A stretch of DNA of 64,000 nt from an uncultured Gemmatimonadales bacterium (GTDB lineage Bacteria; Gemmatimonadota; Gemmatimonadetes; Gemmatimonadales; GWC2-71-9). The stretch is taken from contig CAWGED010000019.1 in NCBI GenBank assembly GCA_963821525.1, positions 448,001 to 512,000 on the forward strand, read 5' to 3'. Both the position numbers and the translations under genes were made by a program. Numbering within the stretch: the stretch's first letter is position 1; every line of letters starts with the position of its first letter. Shown here piece after piece: positions 23,822 to 34,075 of the stretch. The notes below the pieces were generated by a model. It saw only the letters and a program-made list of their open reading frames with translations, made no database searches and had not been told where the DNA came from.

Positions 23822-24784
23822 ATGCCGAAGCTCGGCGTTCTCGGCTCCCTGGTCTGGGATGTCATCTACGGACGCGACCCCGCCGCGCCACCGGTCGAGG
23901 AATGGGGCGGGATCGCGTATGCCCTGGCCGGCTTCGATGCGGCGCTTCCCGACGACTGGGAAATCGTTCCTTTGATAAAGGTAGGGAGCGACCTCCGCGA
24001 TCGCGCCGCCGATCTGATCCGCTCCCTGACTCACGTGGCGCCCGGAGCCCGATGCATCGAGGTGCCGGTGCCCAACAACCGCGTGGTCTTGCGCTACCAA
24101 TCGGCCGAGCGGCGTTGCGAGCGGATGTCGGGGGGAGTTCCCGGTTGGACCTGGGGCGAGCTGGGCCCGATGGTCCGCGACCTCGACGCTCTCTACGTCA
24201 ATTTCATCTCCGGATTCGAGATGGAGTTGGGCACCGCGCAGGCGCTGCGTCAGGCTTACCGTCGTCCGATTTACGGGGACTTGCACAGCCTCTTCCTCGG
24301 CATGCCTCAGGACGGCATCCGGGTACTCAAACCCCTGAGCGATCCGCTGGAGTGGCTTCGGTGCTTCGACGTGGTGCAGGTGAACGAGGATGAGATGCGC
24401 CAGCTCTGGCCCGATCCAATGGCGCTCGCCGCGGGCGCCATCGAGGCGGGAGTCTCCTTGCTGCTGGTAACCCTCGGTCCCCGGGGCTCCGTCTATGTTG
24501 CCGCTCCGGGATTCGACGGCTGGGCAACTCATTCGATCTCATCGACCGCCGTCCGCACCGAGCTGATCCCGGCCCCGTCGGTCGACTCGCTGGACCCGAC
24601 GGGCTGCGGCGACGTCTTCGGGGCCGCGATGATGAGCCGCCTCCTGGCGGGTGATGGCCCCCAGTCCGCAACCCGCGAGGCGACCCGCCTGGCAGCGCGG
24701 AATGCGATGCTCCGTGGAGCCAGCGACCTGGCGCGGCTGCTGCGCGGAAGGTTGGCCACTGCTTCCGCCACGAGCTCGGTATGA
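23822..24784 (+). CDS. PfkB/ribokinase family carbohydrate kinase
   Basis: GG near N-terminus, NEDE, VTLGPRG, DPTGCGDVFGA. Confidence 0.88.
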   Translation: MPKLGVLGSLVWDVIYGRDPAAPPVEEWGGIAYALAGFDAALPDDWEIVPLIKVGSDLRDRAADLIRSLTHVAPGARCIEVPVPNNRVVLRYQSAERRCERMSGGVPGWTWGELGPMVRDLDALYVNFISGFEMELGTAQALRQAYRRPIYGDLHSLFLGMPQDGIRVLKPLSDPLEWLRCFDVVQVNEDEMRQLWPDPMALAAGAIEAGVSLLLVTLGPRGSVYVAAPGFDGWATHSISSTAVRTELIPAPSVDSLDPTGCGDVFGAAMMSRLLAGDGPQSATREATRLAARNAMLRGASDLARLLRGRLATASATSSV

Positions 24785-25689
24785 GCCGAGTCGTCGAAAT
24801 CCCTGCATTCTTCGATGACAAGGGCTTCGAGCAATTCGCCCACTCCTTTTCCGCCGGACCGATCACCGACCGGATGCTGTTCGACGCCCGCGGGGCGCAG
24901 TGGGCGTCACCTTACGGTCTGATTGGCATGCTGACAGCAGGACAGGCCGTCAAGGAGGCAGGAGGTCCGCCCCCCGCGTTCGCGGTGCCCGAAGCCGACG
25001 AGGTCCGGCGCTACTGGGTGCGAGCGGGATTCTTCGGTCCGGCTGCCGAGTTGTTCGAGCTCCACGGCAAGGTGCCGAAAGTCAAGGTCGAAGAAATATC
25101 GGATGTGCTGCTCAGTGTGACGGCAGTGCGGGCCATGGAGGACGTGCATGGCGTGGTCGGCAGGATTCAGGAAGGGGCGGCGCGGATTCTGACCAACGAG
25201 CTTGGCCTCGAGCCGGCCGCGACCGCAAGGTTCGGCATGGCGCTTTCGGAGGCTTGTCAGAATATTGTGGAGCACTCCGGTACGAGCGGATGGGTAGCGG
25301 TCCACGCCTATACCTTCCGTCGAAGGCTCGGCGGCAGGAGAGTGGTCGTTATTGCGGTGGGAGATGCGGGAGTCGGCTTTCGCCGCTCGCTCGAAGCCAC
25401 TCAGGCTCGCCGGTTCGGCGACCGCTGGGGCGACGCCGCGGCGCTCGAGGCCGCAGTGATCCAGGAAGTCAGCCGATTTCGAGATCCTGGCCGTGGCCAG
25501 GGACTCCCGGGCATCAAGCGCTACCTCCTGCGCTGGCAGGGCAAGTTGTCCATCCGGAGCGGCACGGCGCGAATCGCCATCGTGCCGCCCTGGGATGAGG
25601 ATGTCCCAATGACCGAATCGCTGCCGCCATTTCCGGGCGCGCAGCTCCAGATCGTGATCCCCGCGAAGGAAGGTGCTCCAACCACATGA
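24781..25689 (+). CDS. GHKL (HATPase_c) ATPase / RsbW-like kinase with N-terminal STAS-like region
   Basis: EACQNIVEHS (N box), VGDAGVG (G1), GRGQGL (G2); no obvious HisKA domain. Confidence 0.75.
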   Translation: MSRVVEIPAFFDDKGFEQFAHSFSAGPITDRMLFDARGAQWASPYGLIGMLTAGQAVKEAGGPPPAFAVPEADEVRRYWVRAGFFGPAAELFELHGKVPKVKVEEISDVLLSVTAVRAMEDVHGVVGRIQEGAARILTNELGLEPAATARFGMALSEACQNIVEHSGTSGWVAVHAYTFRRRLGGRRVVVIAVGDAGVGFRRSLEATQARRFGDRWGDAAALEAAVIQEVSRFRDPGRGQGLPGIKRYLLRWQGKLSIRSGTARIAIVPPWDEDVPMTESLPPFPGAQLQIVIPAKEGAPTT

Positions 25690-26222
25690 TGCATACCATC
25701 CGGGTGGACCGCGTGCTGCGGGAAACGGTCAACACTTCCTATTCCGATCTCGTTACCCGGGCCACCGGTCGTGCGGTGCGCAGCAGTATCCGGCAGACTA
25801 TCGCCGGACTCGAGGGCGGCACCGCTCTCCTCGACTTTTCTTCGGTGGGGCTGGTGGACTTCAGCTGCGCCGATGAAGTCGTCGCCCAGCTGCTGCTCGA
25901 AAAGACTGACGATGTCATCGTCGTACTGGGCGGGCTGCGCGAGGATCACACTGAAACCATCGAGCATGTCCTGACGCACCACGCGCTGGCGGTGGTCGTG
26001 CAGGAATCACCCGACGGTTGTCCCCGTTTGCTGGGCCTGGTGGACCGTGAAGCCCAGGAAGTCTTCGAACGACTTCACGCGCACGGAGCCGCGGATGCCG
26101 AGACGATGGGACAGCACATGGGCTGGGATGCGGAGCGGGCTCAGGACGCGCTCGACACTCTGGTCCGGCTCCGGCTCGTCCGGCAGGAAGGACTCACGTT
26201 CGCTCCGCTTCCGCTCCCGTGA
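25686..26222 (+). CDS. STAS-like protein with C-terminal winged HTH
   Basis: LLDFSSVGLVDFSCADEVV resembles the STAS core; C-terminus AETMGQHMGWDAERAQDALDTLVRLRLV resembles a wHTH. Confidence 0.6.
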   Translation: MMHTIRVDRVLRETVNTSYSDLVTRATGRAVRSSIRQTIAGLEGGTALLDFSSVGLVDFSCADEVVAQLLLEKTDDVIVVLGGLREDHTETIEHVLTHHALAVVVQESPDGCPRLLGLVDREAQEVFERLHAHGAADAETMGQHMGWDAERAQDALDTLVRLRLVRQEGLTFAPLPLP

Positions 26223-27367
26223 AACGCCGCTACGGCCTGTCTACGCTGGCCATTCACGGCGACCCGCATCGCCGCCCTGACTGGACTCCTGTCGTTCCGC
26301 CTGTGATGCAGAGCAGCACCTTCACCAATCCCGTCGGTTCGGCGGAGGAGGTGATGTACTCGCGCTATGGGAACAATCCCAATCAGGTGGCGCTGGGGAA
26401 GAAGTACGCCCTGCTCGAAGGCACCGAGGCCGCCGTCTTCGTGTCGAGCGGCATGGCCGCGACCGCATTGGCGCACCTCGCGGTACTGCGCCCGGGAGAC
26501 CATCTGGTCACCAGCTCCTGGATCTACGGCGGGACCAAGCGGCTGTTCGACGAGGAATTCGGGCGCCTCGGCATCGACGTCACCTACGTGAACCCCGACC
26601 AGCCCCGCCTGTGGCGGCGGTCGGTGCGCAAGTCCACCCGCGCCATTTTCGTCGAGACGCCGACCAATCCGCTGATGCGGGTGCTCGATCTCACGCCGGT
26701 CGCTCAGATCGCCAGGGACTCGGGGCTGGCCTTACTGGTGGACGGCACCTTCGCCAGTCCGGTCAATTTCCGGCCCCTGGAGCATGGCGCGGACATCGTC
26801 ATTACCAGCGCCACCAAATACCTCAACGGGCACAGCGATGTGATCGCCGGCGCGGTCGCCGGTTCGGCGTCGCTCATTGAAGAGGTGATCAGGCTGATGA
26901 CGCTGTGGGGCCAGGCCATCGATCCCCACACTGCGTGGCTGATCGATCGCGGGATCCGCACGCTCGAAGTCCGGATGGCCCGTCACAACGAGAACGGCAT
27001 GGCGGTGGCGCAATGGGCCAGCCAGCATCCCGCCATCGTCCGGGTGCACTATCCCGGATTGCCCTCCCATCCGGAGCACGAACAGGCAAAGGAAGTGCTG
27101 AACGGGTTCGGAGGCATGGTAGGGCTCGAGATCAAGGGCGGCGTCCGCGCGACCGAGAAAATGCTGCGGAAGCTCAAGGTGATCACCCACGCACCGAGTC
27201 TCGCCGGTGTCGAAAGCCTGGTCTCCGAGCCGCGACTCACATCCCACAGCCGGCTCAGCGACGAGCAGCGGGCCAAGCTGGGCATTCCGGACGGATTCGT
27301 GCGGCTCTCCTGCGGGTTGGAGAATGCTCCGGACATCATCGCCGACCTGGAGCAGGCGCTGGGCTAG
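26219..27367 (+). CDS. Cys/Met metabolism PLP enzyme (cystathionine gamma-lyase/synthase family)
   Basis: YSRYGNNP, SSGMAA, ETPTNP, DGTFASP, SATKYLNGHSD, RLSCGLE. Confidence 0.93.
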   Translation: MKRRYGLSTLAIHGDPHRRPDWTPVVPPVMQSSTFTNPVGSAEEVMYSRYGNNPNQVALGKKYALLEGTEAAVFVSSGMAATALAHLAVLRPGDHLVTSSWIYGGTKRLFDEEFGRLGIDVTYVNPDQPRLWRRSVRKSTRAIFVETPTNPLMRVLDLTPVAQIARDSGLALLVDGTFASPVNFRPLEHGADIVITSATKYLNGHSDVIAGAVAGSASLIEEVIRLMTLWGQAIDPHTAWLIDRGIRTLEVRMARHNENGMAVAQWASQHPAIVRVHYPGLPSHPEHEQAKEVLNGFGGMVGLEIKGGVRATEKMLRKLKVITHAPSLAGVESLVSEPRLTSHSRLSDEQRAKLGIPDGFVRLSCGLENAPDIIADLEQALG

Positions 27368-27426
27368 GTGGTAGGGAGTAGGTAGTAGGGAGTAGGGCCC
27401 CACTCCCCACCACCTACTCCCTACCT
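27365..27426. repeat. Inverted heptamer tandem repeat (TAGGGAG-like)5 / (CTCCCTA-like)4
   Basis: Begins at the TAG stop of the PLP enzyme gene; near-contiguous hairpin. Confidence 0.85.
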
Positions 27427-27458
27427 GCGTCTCCACCAATAGCCTTATCTTCAAGCCC

Positions 27459-28149
27459 GTGATCCGCTTCACCCACGTCGACAAGCACTATTCCAAGGGC
27501 GCCGCGCTCAAGGACGTCACCCTTCACATCGCGAAGGGTGAATTCGTCTTTCTCACCGGCCATTCCGGCGCGGGCAAGTCCACCATGCTCAAGATGATGT
27601 TCGCCGAGCTGATGCCGACGAGCGGTGACGTGCGGGTGTCGGGATTCAACGTGACATGAGATCCGGCCGCGCGAGATAGCGAAACTGCGGCGCCGGCTGG
27701 GTATCGTGTTCCAGGATTTCCGGCTCCTGGAGGACCGGACCGCGGAGGAGAACGTGGCCTTCGCCCTCGAAGTGACGGGGGCCCATCGCGATGTGATTCC
27801 GTCGAAGGTGATGAGGGTGCTGACCCAGGTCGGCCTGGCCGCCAAGTCGCACGCTTATCCCACCGAACTGTCGGGGGGAGAGCAGCAACGGGTCGCGATC
27901 GCCCGGGCCCTGGTGAACGACCCCGCCATCCTCCTGGCCGACGAGCCTACCGGAAATCTCGACGAGCGGGCCACGCGCGGCGTGTTCCAGCTCATCCGGG
28001 AGATCAATGCCGGCGGAACCTGCGTCGTGATGGCCACTCACGATCTCGATCTGGTGAAACAGGCTACCTATCGCACGGTTGAGATGCGCGAAGGCGCGGT
28101 CGTGTTCGACAGTGGTACCGACGAATCAACCAGCGAGGAAGAGTTGTGA
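27459..28149 (+). CDS. ftsE: Cell division ABC ATPase FtsE; frameshift ~27655
   Basis: [40 protein letters not shown]; upstream of ftsX. Confidence 0.93.
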
Positions 28150-29015
28150 GACTGGTCCTTCGCGAGGCGCTCAACGTCTTCCGCCGGGCGCCGGCCCTCT
28201 CGATCCTCTCCATTACCACCATCGCCTTCTCGCTGTATGTGGTCGGCCTGTTCGGCCTGGTGGCGCTCAACCTGCGCGAAGCGCTGCGCGGCGTGGAGCA
28301 GCGGGTCGAGGTCGTGGCGTACCTTCTCCGCGGAACGCCTCCGGAATCCATCGCCCAGGCCTCGGAGGACATTGCCGCATTCCCCGAAGTCCAGCGTGTC
28401 ACCTTCGTGAGTGAAGACGAAGCCTTGACCCGGGCACGAGCCGAGCTGGTCGAATTCCGTGACGCCTACCGCGACCTGGCGGTGAACCCGCTTCCGGCGT
28501 CTCTGGAGATTCAGCTCAAGGAGGGGAGCCGGGACGCGGTGCACGCGCAACAAGTGGCCGAGCGTCTTCGTGGCATCGGCTTCATTGATGACGTGCGCTA
28601 CGGCAGGGAGTGGGTGGAGAAACTGGACCGGCTGCGCAACATCGGCGGGCTGGTCGGCATGTCGATCGGGCTCGCCTTCGCAGCGGTGGCCGTGGTGATC
28701 ATCGGTGTCACGATCAGAATCACGGTGCTGCAGCGGGCCCGGGAGATCGCGATCATGCGGCTGGTGGGTGCCACCCGCGGGTTCATCAGAGGCCCGTTCC
28801 TGCTCGAGGGCGCGCTCAAGGGATTGCTGGGCGGGATCCTCGCGGTGGCCATGTGCTTCGCGAGCTACCTGCTGTTCCGGAATCAGAGCGAGCTGGCCAC
28901 CTCCGGCATCGTTTTTTTCAAGACACCCCAGATGCTGCTCGGCATTCTGTTCGGAATCGCGATCGGACTCGGCGGCAGCCTGGTGAGCGTCGGGCGTCAA
29001 CTCAAGAATGTCTAG
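28146..29015 (+). CDS. ftsX: Cell division permease FtsX
   Basis: NPLPASL, REIAIMRLVGATRGFIRGPFLLEG; four TM segments. Confidence 0.93.
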   Translation: MRLVLREALNVFRRAPALSILSITTIAFSLYVVGLFGLVALNLREALRGVEQRVEVVAYLLRGTPPESIAQASEDIAAFPEVQRVTFVSEDEALTRARAELVEFRDAYRDLAVNPLPASLEIQLKEGSRDAVHAQQVAERLRGIGFIDDVRYGREWVEKLDRLRNIGGLVGMSIGLAFAAVAVVIIGVTIRITVLQRAREIAIMRLVGATRGFIRGPFLLEGALKGLLGGILAVAMCFASYLLFRNQSELATSGIVFFKTPQMLLGILFGIAIGLGGSLVSVGRQLKNV

Positions 29016-30184
29016 CCGGATCCGGTGGGCGCTGGCGGTAGCGACGGGGCTCGCGATTCTGCCGTCGCGATCGCTGGTGGCCCAGCAGGATCTCGAGGAA
29101 TCACGAAGGCGGCTGGAGGAAGTCCGGCGAGAGCGGGAAAAGCTCCAGGAAGAGAGGGACCGGCTGCAGGGTCAGGTCCATGATCTCAATCAGGAGCTCG
29201 ACCTTCTTGAGCGGCAGCGGCAAAGCACCAACCGCATCGTGAACGAGCTGGAGACCCAGATCGGCGGCCTCAACAGCCACGTCGACGTCGCGAGCGCGGA
29301 GCTGGCCCTGGCGCAGGACAATCTGGCGGAAAAGCGCGCCGTTCTGACCCGCCGTCTCGTCGAGATCTACAAACGCGGCACACTCTATCCATTCCAGGTC
29401 ATCGTCGCCGCCGAGTCCTTCGGTGATCTGCTGAATCGCTACAAGTATCTCTTCCTCACCAGCCGGCAGGATCGCGCCCTCGTCACCGACGTCGAGAAGC
29501 TGCGGAACCAGGTGCAGAAGCGGCGGGGGGAGATCGTGTCGGTGCGGACCGAGCTCGATCACCGCCGTGAAGAACGGGAAGCGGAACTCAAGCGCTACGG
29601 CTCCCTGGTAGAGGAGCGATCCACCCGGCTCCGGGTGACGCGACGCTCGGCCAAGTCCAACGAGCAGACGGCTCAGTGCCCTGGACCGCGACGAGGCCCG
29701 GCTCAACGATTTGCTCGCCTCACTCGAACGGGCCCGCAAGGAACGCTCGGCAACGCCGGGAGCAGCAACTCTCACCACCGCCGACATCGGCAAACTCGAT
29801 TGGCCGGTAGACGGGGCCATTATTTACGGCTTCGGACGGCAGACGTTGCCCAGCGGAGGCGTGATCCGTCGCAATGGAATCGGGATTTCAGCAGCGGCGG
29901 GAACGCCGGTCAAGTCGGTCGAAGCAGGCAAGGTAGAATTGGTCCAGAACCTCGGTACGTACGGACTGACGGTCGTCCTGGCCCATGGCAACGGCTATCG
30001 CTCACTCTACACTCACCTGCTGGATGCCAAGGTGTCGATCGGGCAGGATGTGCTGAAGGGACAGACCATTGGCTCGGTGGGCGGAGGGAACACAGATGAG
30101 GGACCGCATCTCTATTTCGAGATCCGGGGAGAAAACGGTATCGCGCTGGACCCGGCGGACTGGTTGAGGAAGCGGAGGAAGTAG
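29008..30184 (+). CDS. envC: Murein hydrolase activator EnvC (coiled coil + M23-like domain); frameshift ~29670
   Basis: Long coiled coil; LDWPVDG, YGLTVVLAHG, PHLYFEIR, DPADWL; follows ftsEX. Confidence 0.88.
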
Positions 30185-30228
30185 GCGGTCGGGTTCGGCG
30201 GTTCGGCCAACGAAGTGCGAATCGAGCT

Positions 30229-31670
30229 TTAGGCCGCCACGGTTTCCGCGGTACCGATCCGAGTGTCGGTCTGTGCTTTCCCTCGCATCAGAGCCGCTTC
30301 GACCAGGGCGAACAAGTCGGCGGTGCGGGCGGCGGAGGGATGAGGAAAGGTGACGATTCCCGCGCTGAGCCGAGGTCGCTCGCCGGCGGCGAGATCGGGG
30401 AATGGATGCTCGTCGATCCGGCGTCGCACCCGGCCGATCGAAGCGCGGGCACCGTCGAGGTCGGTTTCGGGCAGGACCAGAGCGAACTCGTCTCCCCCAT
30501 AGCGCGAAACGAAATCGGGCGCGCGAATCTCCCGTTGCAGGACCCCTCCCAGCTCCGCCATGATCCGATCCCCGGTTTCGGTGCCGAACCGTTCGTTGAA
30601 ATCCCGCAGCTGGTCGATGTCGAGCAGGATGAGACTGAAGGTGAGCGCATACCGCCGGGCTCGCTCGAACTCTTCCTGCAGCCGCCGGTCGAGCGCATCC
30701 AGATTGCCGCACCCTGTGAGCATATCGATCGTGAGGGCGCTCGCCTGGCGCCGCGCGGCGCCGGCACGTCGCTCCTCGCTCTCCAGCATCCGGGCGGCCG
30801 CTTGCAGCATCTGCCTCGGCGAAACCAACCTCATCCGCGGTAAGGTCAGGATCGCGCATGCCGAGTCCGAAGCAGAAACACCCCGACCGGCCGGCCGCGC
30901 AGCGTCATCGGCAGCGCGGCGACGCTCTTCACATCCGCCGAGACGCCGAGTTGTGCCCAGAGGGTGCGCAGCTCCGTGAAGAAAGAATGAGCCTGGAGAT
31001 CGGGGATAAAGACCGTTCGTTCGGTGCGCAGCGCCTCGCGCATTTCAGGGTAGCGGCGGAGGTCCACTCGCAGATCCCGGGTGGTAGGACTCTCGCACAC
31101 CGCGACAACGCGCCCGTACCGATCCTCGGAACCGGCCATGATGAAGGAGCACCGGGCCAACTCCAGGGCGAGGCCGACGCGGCGCACCAGAACTTCGAGG
31201 ATTTCGTCGCTGCGGGCGGCGGCCGAGAGGTCTCCCAGGATCTCGAACATCAGCTCTTGACGCCAGAGCGACCGCTGAGCCTGGTCGTCGGTCGCGCGGC
31301 GCCGGAGGCGAGCGGTGATCCTCGCGTTGAGCTCGGCAAGGTTGACCGGGCCGGCGAGAACGTCGTCGGCACCGGCCTGGAGCGTCTGGGTGACGGCTTC
31401 CGGATCAGGATCACGGAGCAGTACGAGGCGAGGAATCCCCTGCCACGCCACGCCTTGGAGCCGACCGAGAAGGGCTTCGAGCGCCTGGTCCAGCCTATGG
31501 ACGGTGATGAGGGCGATGTCGGGCGCGCGGGTGCCGACGGCGGCCAGGTGGGTATCGTCCGACTCTGCCACATGAAACCCGCCCCGGACCAGGGACCGCT
31601 CGAGTCCCTCGGGACGCACCGACGCGTCCCCGAGAAGAAGGACGCGGGGTGACCGCGGCAGTTGGATCAC
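30229..31670 (-). CDS. Diguanylate cyclase (receiver-like + GAF + GGDEF); frameshift ~30845
   Basis: GADDVL/ELNARI REC features; GAF-like middle; DMLTG, SRYGGDEFALVLP. Confidence 0.88.
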
Positions 31671-31765
31671 GGAAGTGGGGTCGGCGGCACGGAGCGGGAG
31701 AACGTAGCCACCGCCCAAGGGGTGTCAAGCTGAAGCGGCCGCGACCTTACACCGCGACGAAAACA

Positions 31766-32647
31766 ATGCCCGTCCATGTCAATGACCTCCTCGGTGCTCA
31801 CGTTTCCACGCAGGGCGGCGTCCATACCGCGCCAGGGCGCGCGGAGGTCATCGGTGCCACGGCAATTCAGGTTTTCACCAAGACCCCGAATCAGTGGCGG
31901 GATCCGGTCATCGCCGCGGACGAGGGCAAACGATTCCGCCGGGAGTTGCGGAGAACCGGTGTGCGGGCGGTAGTTGCGCACGATTCGTACCTCATTAACC
32001 TGGCCTCGCCCGACGCCGAGCTAAGAGCCCGTTCCATCAAGTCTTTCATCGCCGAACTTCAGCGTTGCCAAACGCTTGGGATCCGGGCCGTGGTGTCGCA
32101 TCCGGGCAACTACCTTGATGATCGGGGATCCGGTCTCAGTCGCAACGCCGAGTCGTACATCGAGTGCCTGGAAGCGGTGCCGGGGTCAATCATGGTGCTG
32201 CTGGAGACGACCGCCGGAACCGGGACGGCGCTGGGCAGCAGCTTCGAGGAGTTGGCGGAGATCCGCGCCAAGATTCCGTCTCCGCTCCGCAAGAGAATCG
32301 GTTTCTGCGCCGATACCTGCCATCTCTACGCAGCGGGTTACGATCTGGTGCGCGACTATGAAGGCATCTGGCAGCGGTGGGATGATCTCATCGGCTTGAA
32401 GCACCTTCGCTGTCTCCATCTCAACGACTCCAAGACTCCGCTCGGCTCCCGGCGCGACCGGCATGAGCTCATCGGTGAAGGCTCGTTGGGCCCGAGTCCC
32501 TTCCGCCGCATCATGACCGATCCCCGTTTCAGCCGGGTGATGAAAGTGCTGGAGACTCCGAAGGGCGACGACCTGGTCACCTCCGATCGAAAGATGCTCC
32601 GCCGGCTTCGCGGCTATCGACGGCGGGGCGAAAGCGGGGCGCGTTGA
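31766..32647 (+). CDS. nfo: Endonuclease IV
   Basis: LGAHVS, HDSYLINLAS, HPG, LETTAG, DTCHLYAAGYD, HLNDSK, DRHE, LETP. Confidence 0.96.
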   Translation: MPVHVNDLLGAHVSTQGGVHTAPGRAEVIGATAIQVFTKTPNQWRDPVIAADEGKRFRRELRRTGVRAVVAHDSYLINLASPDAELRARSIKSFIAELQRCQTLGIRAVVSHPGNYLDDRGSGLSRNAESYIECLEAVPGSIMVLLETTAGTGTALGSSFEELAEIRAKIPSPLRKRIGFCADTCHLYAAGYDLVRDYEGIWQRWDDLIGLKHLRCLHLNDSKTPLGSRRDRHELIGEGSLGPSPFRRIMTDPRFSRVMKVLETPKGDDLVTSDRKMLRRLRGYRRRGESGAR

Positions 32648-32679
32648 CCTCCACACCATTGGCAGGTCATTCTTAGGCG

Positions 32680-33273
32680 ATGCGATTCAACCTCACCGCG
32701 CTGGGGCTCGCCCTCACGCTGACGCAGCCCCTCGCGGCACAGGGGAGGTATGCCCTGTCGCTGGGTGGCATCTGGAGCACTCCGATCGTCACCGATCACA
32801 TCTTCAACGACATCGACCTGCAACCGGCCCTGGCACCGGTCGTGACGCTCAACGGATCATGGCCGGTGTCCAAGAAGGCCAGGCTCGGTGCCGAAGCGAG
32901 CTTCGCCTCAGGCAAGCTCGACACGAAGGAATCGGGTCAGAGCGTTGATATCGGTACCCTGCGGAGCCTCACAGTTACGGGCGGGGTCGAAGCACCGCTG
33001 GCGGGCAAGCTCTGGGGGCGCCTGGGTGGGGGATTCATCAAGTACCTGCCCTCGGAGGAAGAGGGTGTCTTCCAGGATGGCGGACCGTTGCGCTGGGTGC
33101 TGGGTCTCGGTGTGGACTATCGCTGGCAATGGAAACCTCGCTGGCAATGGGTCGCTGGATTGCGCTATGACTTTCATCGCTTCACGACCGACGAGCTCGT
33201 GGCGCAGGGATTCGGCGGGACTCAGGATGTCCATCGCGTGATGATCTCAATCGGAATCGCGAGGACGCCATGA
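32680..33273 (+). CDS. Putative outer-membrane beta-barrel protein
   Basis: Signal peptide; alternating amphipathic beta-strand pattern, aromatic-rich. Confidence 0.55.
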   Translation: MRFNLTALGLALTLTQPLAAQGRYALSLGGIWSTPIVTDHIFNDIDLQPALAPVVTLNGSWPVSKKARLGAEASFASGKLDTKESGQSVDIGTLRSLTVTGGVEAPLAGKLWGRLGGGFIKYLPSEEEGVFQDGGPLRWVLGLGVDYRWQWKPRWQWVAGLRYDFHRFTTDELVAQGFGGTQDVHRVMISIGIARTP

Positions 33274-33947
33274 CCCGCACCTTCCGCGTGATCTGCAGCG
33301 TCACGGCATTGCTGGTTGGCGCTTGCTCCGAGCTTGCTTCTCCGACTCGGAGCAACGCCTACGACTGGCGGCTGATTGTGACCTTCGACAGCCTCGGTCC
33401 CCAGTTCGATACGTTGAGCTTCCACTGGCCACGCTCGCGGCTTCCGGTCCGCATTTGGGTTGAGGACGCCGGCGGGCTTCCGGACGAGGTGGGGCACGGC
33501 ATCGATCAGTGGAAGGGGGCGTTACTCTATGGCGAATGGGACGCCAAGATCACCAGCGACTCGAACAATGCGGACGTCATCGTCCGGCTTGCCCCGGCAC
33601 CGCCCCCCGGTCCGAAACCGTCGGCCGGGCGTCTCGGGTCCATGCTGCTCCCCCAATGTGATGGCGCCACCGATCTCGATACCGTCGCGACCAGGTTCGA
33701 GCTCAGGATTCCGCTGCACGTCTACGTCAACCCGCTGGTTCCTTCGAATGATCCAGACCTCGCCCGGTGTCTGAGAGTCACGACAGCGCACGAGCTGGGG
33801 CATTCCCTGGGGATCTTCCAGCACAGTACGGACGCCAACGACCTGATGTTCTCGTTGCCGGCGGTGGATGCGCTCAGCAAACGCGACATCAACACGGTGC
33901 AGACGCTGTATCATTTTCCGCCAGACATGGTGCCGGTCGGGCCTTGA
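33270..33947 (+). CDS. Matrixin-family zinc metalloprotease lipoprotein
   Basis: Lipobox VGAC; HELGHSLGIFQH zinc motif; DLMF Met-turn; LSKRD. Confidence 0.85.
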   Translation: MTRTFRVICSVTALLVGACSELASPTRSNAYDWRLIVTFDSLGPQFDTLSFHWPRSRLPVRIWVEDAGGLPDEVGHGIDQWKGALLYGEWDAKITSDSNNADVIVRLAPAPPPGPKPSAGRLGSMLLPQCDGATDLDTVATRFELRIPLHVYVNPLVPSNDPDLARCLRVTTAHELGHSLGIFQHSTDANDLMFSLPAVDALSKRDINTVQTLYHFPPDMVPVGP

Positions 33948-34075
33948 CCGCGGCTCATGCATAATCTTGCAATCTTTCGCCGCTCGGTTGCCGCAAAGCC
34001 CTCCGCTGTCGAAATTTCCGGCCCCCGCGCCCTCCCCCGAAACGGCGGCGCGCGGTATCCCTTGGAGCCGAAGAC

